This document shows positions 59,320 through 64,000 of a DNA stretch of 64,000 nucleotides, piece by piece. Numbering within the stretch: position 1 is the first letter of the stretch; the number at the start of each line of letters is the position of its first letter. The notes under the pieces were generated by a model. It saw only the letters and a program-made list of their open reading frames with translations. It did not search any database and had not been told where the DNA came from. A program made the translations under genes and the position numbers. Source of the DNA: Caldilineaceae bacterium (GTDB lineage Bacteria; Chloroflexota; Anaerolineae; Caldilineales; Caldilineaceae); the NCBI GenBank assembly GCA_965218625.1, contig CBDCLG010000014.1, positions 30,188 to 94,187 of the forward strand, written 5' to 3'.

Positions 59320-59371
59320 CCTACGATTGTCGCCAATTTGACAGAATCCTTCAAACGTCAACGAGACCTAA
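58541..59371 (-). mobile_element. IS5-family (IS427-group-like) insertion sequence, apparently intact, 831 bp
   Basis: Imperfect ~19-bp terminal IRs: CTAGGGCTCGTTGACATTT at 58541-58559, and TTAGGTCTCGTTGACGTTT read inward from 59371. They are flanked by CATA at 58537-58540 and 59372-59375 (4-bp TSD). Confidence 0.8.
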
Positions 59372-59749
59372 CATAGTTGGAATTTCTGGCAAATCCTGAA
59401 AGCCAAACCGGACGTCGTCCATAGAGATTTCGGTTTTGCTTTATGCGCTTGCTCATCCTTATGCAACTGTGATTAACCCTAACGCGCAACAATTGTTAAC
59501 GCCTTTGTGAACCACGCTTTACGCATCACTAAACGGATACCGCAGAAATTTGCCCCAAATTTCGCCGTTTTTTCGCCTATTGCTGTGCTACACTTTTGTG
59601 GCGTTCGGCAAACCCATAGAGCAACGCCGGCGCACCTCTTTTGGCTGGGCTGTCCGCCGCTCTGTTCCGGACAGAGCGCGGACTGGCCCCGTTAAGCGGT
59701 TGCGGATTGGGGCTGATTCGTTTTCACACATAACCGGAGGAGTTTTCAC

Positions 59750-60799
59750 ATGTCTGCAAGGGTACAAAATCGGATTATGCAGGTGGTCCTGGCCGTGCTT
59801 GTCGGTGTGTTGGTGGCGGCGTGTGTGCCGATCCAGGCGCCGGCGGAGATGGAGAGCGCGCAGGGCGCTACGGAGTTGATGATCTATTCGGGCCGCAATG
59901 AGAACCTGGTCGGTCCTCTGCTTGAGCGTTACCAGGAAGTGAGCGGCGTCACCGTGAATGTGCGCTATGGCGGCACGGCCGAGCTGGCGGCTACGATACT
60001 GGAGGAGGGTCAGAATTCACCGGCTGACATCTTCTTCGGCCAGGACGCGGGTGCGCTGGGTGCGCTGGCGCAGGCGGGGCGGTTCGTACAGCTGCCGGCG
60101 GCGATCCTGGACAGTGTTGATCCTCGATTCCGCAGCGGGGACGGCAACTGGGTTGGTGCGAGCGGACGGGCGCGTGTTTTTGTATACAACACGGAGATGC
60201 TCAGCGAAGAAGACCTACCGGACGACATCTGGGCGCTGACCGATCCGAAGTGGAAGGGGAAGATTGGCTGGGCGCCGACGAATGGCAGTTTTCAGGCTTT
60301 TGTCACTGCGGTGCGCCATTTGGAAGGTGAGGAGCAGGCGCAGGCGTGGCTGGAGGCGATGATTGCGAACGATGTGCAGGTCTATCCCAAGAACACGCCG
60401 ATCGTCGAGGCCACGGGTCGCGGCGAGGTTGTTCTAGGCCTGGTGAACCATTACTATCTGTATCGATTCCTGGCCGAGGACCCCGATTTCCAGGCCAAGA
60501 ACCACCACCCGGCGGCGGGCGATGCCGGCGCGATGATCAACGTGGCCGGCGTGGGCATACTGGACACGGCCAAGGACCAGGCTGCGGCCGAGGCGTTCGT
60601 TGCGTTCCTGCTCTCGGAGGAGGCGCAGACCTATTTCTCCGAGGAGACGAATGAGTATCCGCTGGCGGCTGGGGTGGCGGCGACGGCTGAAGGTCTGCTG
60701 CCGCTGGCTGATGTAAACACGCCGGAACTGGACCTGTCGGACTTGGAGGACCTGCAGGGGACGCTGCAGCTGCTGCAAGAGGTGAACGCCCTGGAGTAG
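59750..60799 (+). CDS. Fe(3+)-type ABC transporter substrate-binding protein (FbpA/AfuA-like), no cognate permease or ATPase adjacent
   Basis: Signal/lipobox-like N-terminus (...VLVAACVP). IYSGRNENLVGPLLERYQE.SGV.VNVRYGGTAELA and ADIFFGQDAGALG motifs. Confidence 0.8.
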   Translation: MSARVQNRIMQVVLAVLVGVLVAACVPIQAPAEMESAQGATELMIYSGRNENLVGPLLERYQEVSGVTVNVRYGGTAELAATILEEGQNSPADIFFGQDAGALGALAQAGRFVQLPAAILDSVDPRFRSGDGNWVGASGRARVFVYNTEMLSEEDLPDDIWALTDPKWKGKIGWAPTNGSFQAFVTAVRHLEGEEQAQAWLEAMIANDVQVYPKNTPIVEATGRGEVVLGLVNHYYLYRFLAEDPDFQAKNHHPAAGDAGAMINVAGVGILDTAKDQAAAEAFVAFLLSEEAQTYFSEETNEYPLAAGVAATAEGLLPLADVNTPELDLSDLEDLQGTLQLLQEVNALE

Positions 60800-60894
60800 A
60801 GTTCGAATCACCCCTCATATATCCCCGGAACGCAACCGGCGGCTGTCACATCCTCGTGACGGCCGCCGGTATGTTTTTGTCTCTTCCGTTTTCG

Positions 60895-61725
60895 TCAAAC
60901 GATCTTCAGCTGCGGCTGATTGCCCCCTGAAACAGCGCGCAGCTGGGCGACGGTTTTCTGTGCGAGGGCGTGGAATGTGCGGGCGGCTTCGCTTTCCGGC
61001 CTGGCCGCGACGATGGGGACGCCCTGGTCGCCGGAGGCGCTGACGTCGGCGTCCAACCCGATAACGCCGAGCAGCGTGGATCCCAGTTCGCGGGCTGCGG
61101 TCTCGCCGCCGCCGCTGCCGAAGATCTCCCCGCTCATATTTTCGATTACACCCAGAATCGGGACTTCGAGTTGTTCGAAGGCGGCCGCGCCGCGGCGGGC
61201 GTCGGCGACCGACACCATCTGGGGCATGGTGACGATCAGTCCACCGCTGAGCGGCGCGATCTGGGCGAGGGAGAGCTGGGCGTCGCCGGTGCCGGGCGGC
61301 AGATCGACGACGAGGTAGTCGAGCTCGCCCCAGCGCACGTCGGTGAAGAGCTGCTGGATCGCTTTGTGCAGCATTGGCCCGCGCCAGATCAGGGCCTGTT
61401 CGGGCGGCAGCAGAAAGCCCATGCTCATAAAGCGGACGCCGTGCGCTTCGGCTGGAATCAGCTTGCCTTCCTCGACGGGCGGCATCTCGTCGACGCCCAT
61501 CATGATGGGGATGTTGGGGCCGTAGATGTCTGCGTCGAGCAGGCCGACCTGCGCCCCTGTGCGGGCGAGGCTCACGGCCAGATTGGCGCTGACAGTGCTC
61601 TTGCCGACGCCGCCCTTGCCGCTGGCGACGGCGATAATATTTTTGATCGGGACGCCCAATTTGGCCTCGATACGGGGATCGAACGGGGGCGTTTGGGGTT
61701 GTTCGTCGGTGCTTTGGGAGGCCAT
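60895..61725 (-). CDS. apbC: Mrp/NBP35 (ApbC) family Fe-S cluster carrier ATPase
   Basis: [21 protein letters not shown] (deviant Walker A), ...[11 protein letters not shown]..., ...VDLPPGTGD.... Confidence 0.9.
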   Translation of the reverse strand: MASQSTDEQPQTPPFDPRIEAKLGVPIKNIIAVASGKGGVGKSTVSANLAVSLARTGAQVGLLDADIYGPNIPIMMGVDEMPPVEEGKLIPAEAHGVRFMSMGFLLPPEQALIWRGPMLHKAIQQLFTDVRWGELDYLVVDLPPGTGDAQLSLAQIAPLSGGLIVTMPQMVSVADARRGAAAFEQLEVPILGVIENMSGEIFGSGGGETAARELGSTLLGVIGLDADVSASGDQGVPIVAARPESEAARTFHALAQKTVAQLRAVSGGNQPQLKIV

Positions 61726-61738
61726 GGTCTTTTCCTTG

Positions 61739-61848
61739 TAGTTTCTAGTTTTTAGTAGTCAGTTTTTAGTCTTTTGTGAGCCACGACGATATTTAGGAAC
61801 ACAGCGGCAACTGGCAACCGAAAACTAAGAACTAGAAACTAAAAACTG
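61739..61848 (-). promoter_or_regulatory. AT-rich, TAG-rich leader of the apbC-like gene with two mutually exclusive perfect inverted-repeat pairs
   Basis: X 61739-61750 (TAGTTTCTAGTT) pairs with X' 61830-61841. Y 61760-61770 (CAGTTTTTAGT) pairs with Y' 61838-61848. X' and Y' overlap by 4 nt, and the order X,Y,X',Y' is non-nested. X ends 2 nt from the SD (AAGGAAAAG on the minus strand). Confidence 0.35.
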
Positions 61849-61985
61849 CGGTTTCAAATTGAATGTCTGTCTGACACCTTACTTGCCCGCGGTGTGTCTG
61901 TCAAAAAGCGGCCATTTCGTATACGTTGGCCTGTTTTAGGGCCGGGTCGGCGCCAGCAGTGTTGGCCGGGAAGGGCGGTCGCGGC

Positions 61986-63338
61986 TTAGAGATGGTCCTC
62001 GGCGATCATCCTGGCCGCTTTTCTGCCGATTTCGACGGCATAGTTGGTGCCGCGGTCCCAGGGGTAGACCTGGCTCATCGAGGCGAAGTAGAGGCCGGGC
62101 AGCGGCGTCCGCAACTCGGGGATCGTGTCGGCGTAGCCTCGGACCGGGACCGGCTGCGCGTAGGAGGCGCGATGCATCCAGGCACCGGTGACCCAGTCGG
62201 GGTGGAAGTCGGGGTTGAAGCGGGGCAGGGCGGGCAGGAATTCGGCCAGCAACTCCTCCTGGGACATCGAAAAGTAGCGGTGGGACGGCTCGAGGTAGTC
62301 GCCGAGATAGAGGAGATGGTCGCCGCCGTAGCGGGCCGGGTCGATCATATTGGTGTGTTCGACCAGCACGAGGAAGGGCAGCCCTTCGGCCTTGGGCACG
62401 TTCACCCAGTAGGTATCTTTGAGCAGCGGGCGGTCGAGCGCGACGGTCATGACGAGGGCGCCCATGTGGCGCAGCGATGCCAGCTGCGAGAGATAGTTTG
62501 CGGGCAGGTCGGGGGCGAGGCGTTGCAAGAGGCCAGGGCTGACCGTGGCGAGGACGGCATCGAAACTGTGGGAACTGCGTCGCGCGCCGTTCTGCTCGCC
62601 ATGCTCTCCACTCTTTACGTTGAAGCCTCCAGCCTGCAGGGGTGTCAGCGAGCGGACGGCGGTACCGGTCTCGATGGCAACGCCGCGCTGCCGCGCTGCG
62701 TCTCCGAGCCGGTTGATAAACGCCTGAAATCCACCGCGGTAGTAGCCGAGGCGGGGTGTGCGCTTGTATACCCTGGCCCAGAACCAGGCCAGATTGACAT
62801 CCTGGAAATGGGGCCCGAATTTGCCCTCCAGCATCGGTTGCCAGATCTTGCCGTAGGCGGTCCTTCCCATCTTGCGGGTCAGCCATTCGTCGGCCAGAAT
62901 CCGGTCAAAGGCGCGCCAGGGCGGGCGGGGGTGATATTTCAGGTAGGCCAGGACCAAGCCCATGCGCAGCTTTTGGGCCAGCGACAGGTGGGGAAACTGG
63001 AGCAGGTTCAGCGCGCTGTCGAGCGGATAGTTGGCGCCCTGGTGGTGGATGACGGTCGAGGGGCGGTGGATCTGCAGCAGTTCGCCGGCGCCGAGCGTTT
63101 TCGTCAGCCCGATGATTTCGTCGTCGTTGGTGAAGAGATGGTGGTAGAACTTTTCCAGCGGCCAGTCCCAGCTTGCCCGCCCCCTGAAGCCGGCCGCCAG
63201 CCCGCCGAGGACCGGTCCGTTCTCGAACAGGTGGATCTCGACGTCGCCGACGCCGGCGAGCTCGTAGGCGGCAGCAAGCCCGGCGACCCCGCCTCCGATT
63301 ATGCCGACGCGAAGGGGCTGGTCGGTGTGTGTGCGCAT
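61986..63338 (-). CDS. FAD-dependent oxidoreductase (amine oxidase / phytoene desaturase-like fold)
   Basis: Starts MRTHTDQPLRVGIIGGGVAGLAAAYEL...E....LGG (Rossmann dinucleotide motif). ATG at 63338. The upstream part of the track ORF is Arg/Cys-rich and is rejected. Confidence 0.75.
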   Translation of the reverse strand: MRTHTDQPLRVGIIGGGVAGLAAAYELAGVGDVEIHLFENGPVLGGLAAGFRGRASWDWPLEKFYHHLFTNDDEIIGLTKTLGAGELLQIHRPSTVIHHQGANYPLDSALNLLQFPHLSLAQKLRMGLVLAYLKYHPRPPWRAFDRILADEWLTRKMGRTAYGKIWQPMLEGKFGPHFQDVNLAWFWARVYKRTPRLGYYRGGFQAFINRLGDAARQRGVAIETGTAVRSLTPLQAGGFNVKSGEHGEQNGARRSSHSFDAVLATVSPGLLQRLAPDLPANYLSQLASLRHMGALVMTVALDRPLLKDTYWVNVPKAEGLPFLVLVEHTNMIDPARYGGDHLLYLGDYLEPSHRYFSMSQEELLAEFLPALPRFNPDFHPDWVTGAWMHRASYAQPVPVRGYADTIPELRTPLPGLYFASMSQVYPWDRGTNYAVEIGRKAARMIAEDHL

Positions 63339-63539
63339 TGCCTTCCTGCCGGACTGTTGTGTGCCATTGCGGCGCGTATTGCTCGTTGTCTCACCGTCTG
63401 CCGCGGTCGCCGCCGCATGGCATTGGCGCGGGTAAAGGCAGAGCCGGCGGAAAGAAAAAACCAGCGCACACAAGGCGCTGGTTAGTGCACAGATGCGGAA
63501 CGCTGCCGTTGTCGACCAGCGGGGCCGTGGAGACGCGCC

Positions 63540-63905
63540 TCAGGCGGCGGCCAGCGAGAGCGTTCCGATGCCGCTCAACTGGCGGTCGATCTCCTCCTGG
63601 GCGTTGCTGTAGAGCCGCAGCAGGTCGGCGTCGGTCCCTTTGAAGGTGCGAATCGTCTGCAGCGAGCAGAAGGCGCAGCCGCGCAGGAACTTATAGTAGT
63701 TGCTATGGCACTTCATGCAGTCGCCCAGGTTGATCATCATCAGGACAAATGCCAGACTGTCGGGGTGCGTATCGGGCAACATCGAGACTCGATCGACCAG
63801 TTCGCGCCAGCTGTCTCCGCGCAGGTCCCGCAGCGACGGAATCAGGTAGGCAGGAAAAAACAGCTCCGCTTTTCCGTCGAGCACCGCGTCACTTATGTCA
63901 ACCAT
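63540..63905 (-). CDS. Hypothetical Cys-rich small protein
   Basis: ORF with ...LGDCMKCHSNYYKFLRGCAFCSLQT... (CxxC...CxxC). Start assumed at MVDISD. Family not recognised. Confidence 0.45.
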   Translation of the reverse strand: MVDISDAVLDGKAELFFPAYLIPSLRDLRGDSWRELVDRVSMLPDTHPDSLAFVLMMINLGDCMKCHSNYYKFLRGCAFCSLQTIRTFKGTDADLLRLYSNAQEEIDRQLSGIGTLSLAAA

Positions 63906-64000
63906 ACCTCCTCCCTTCACTCGTCAATCTCCACACACAGGCGCAGGAACCACGGTTGGGGCATCAGCAGCGGAAGGACGCTTGCTGCTGCACACGTCCA

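Noticed and set aside
61926-63485. 519-aa + strand ORF
   Set aside because: Antisense shadow of the FAD-dependent oxidoreductase, which carries the GIIGGGVAGL dinucleotide motif on the minus strand.

Overview
High-GC (about 60-65% by eye) bacterial chromosomal segment; I recognised no rRNA or tRNA genes. Layout, left to right: (1) Gluconeogenic genes: a glpX fragment and a class I aldolase. (2) A decayed accessory patch (1.9-7.0 kb): a three-gene operon headed by a TIGR04255-like protein, an orphan 3' gene fragment, a degraded IS66-family element with 8-bp target duplication, and a small antitoxin-like gene. (3) A very large type I-E CRISPR array: 111 repeats and 110 spacers at 7058-13793, read on the minus strand. 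(4) A complete I-E operon, cas3-cse1-cse2-cas7-cas5-cas6e-cas1-cas2, running from 23340 down to 13840. (5) A ~19 kb same-strand carbohydrate-uptake locus (24.6-43.4 kb): ABC transporter, DUF5696-like and NHL/Yip1 proteins, two DUF1680/GH127-like proteins and five tandem PhyH-type dioxygenase paralogues. (6) A lower-GC type II R-M pair whose endonuclease is frame-broken. (7) Housekeeping genes (R3H ATPase, tmk, darA, gmk, rhomboid, Fe-S oxidoreductase, MFS, PQQ sugar dehydrogenase, Mrp/ApbC and others), interrupted by one intact IS5-family element. The most interesting signal is in the cas3-cse1 intergenic region. It holds a degenerate one-spacer mini-CRISPR, inverted relative to the main array. 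Its spacer pairs with a site 130 bp away, with mismatches only at 6-nt-periodic positions and an AA flank. That is the signature of a CreR/CreA-like Cascade-guided regulatory or addiction RNA. Caveat: three non-IS genes carry single-base frame breaks at short homopolymer runs, so real decay and consensus error cannot be separated from sequence alone. All protein family calls rest on motif recognition from memory, not on searches.
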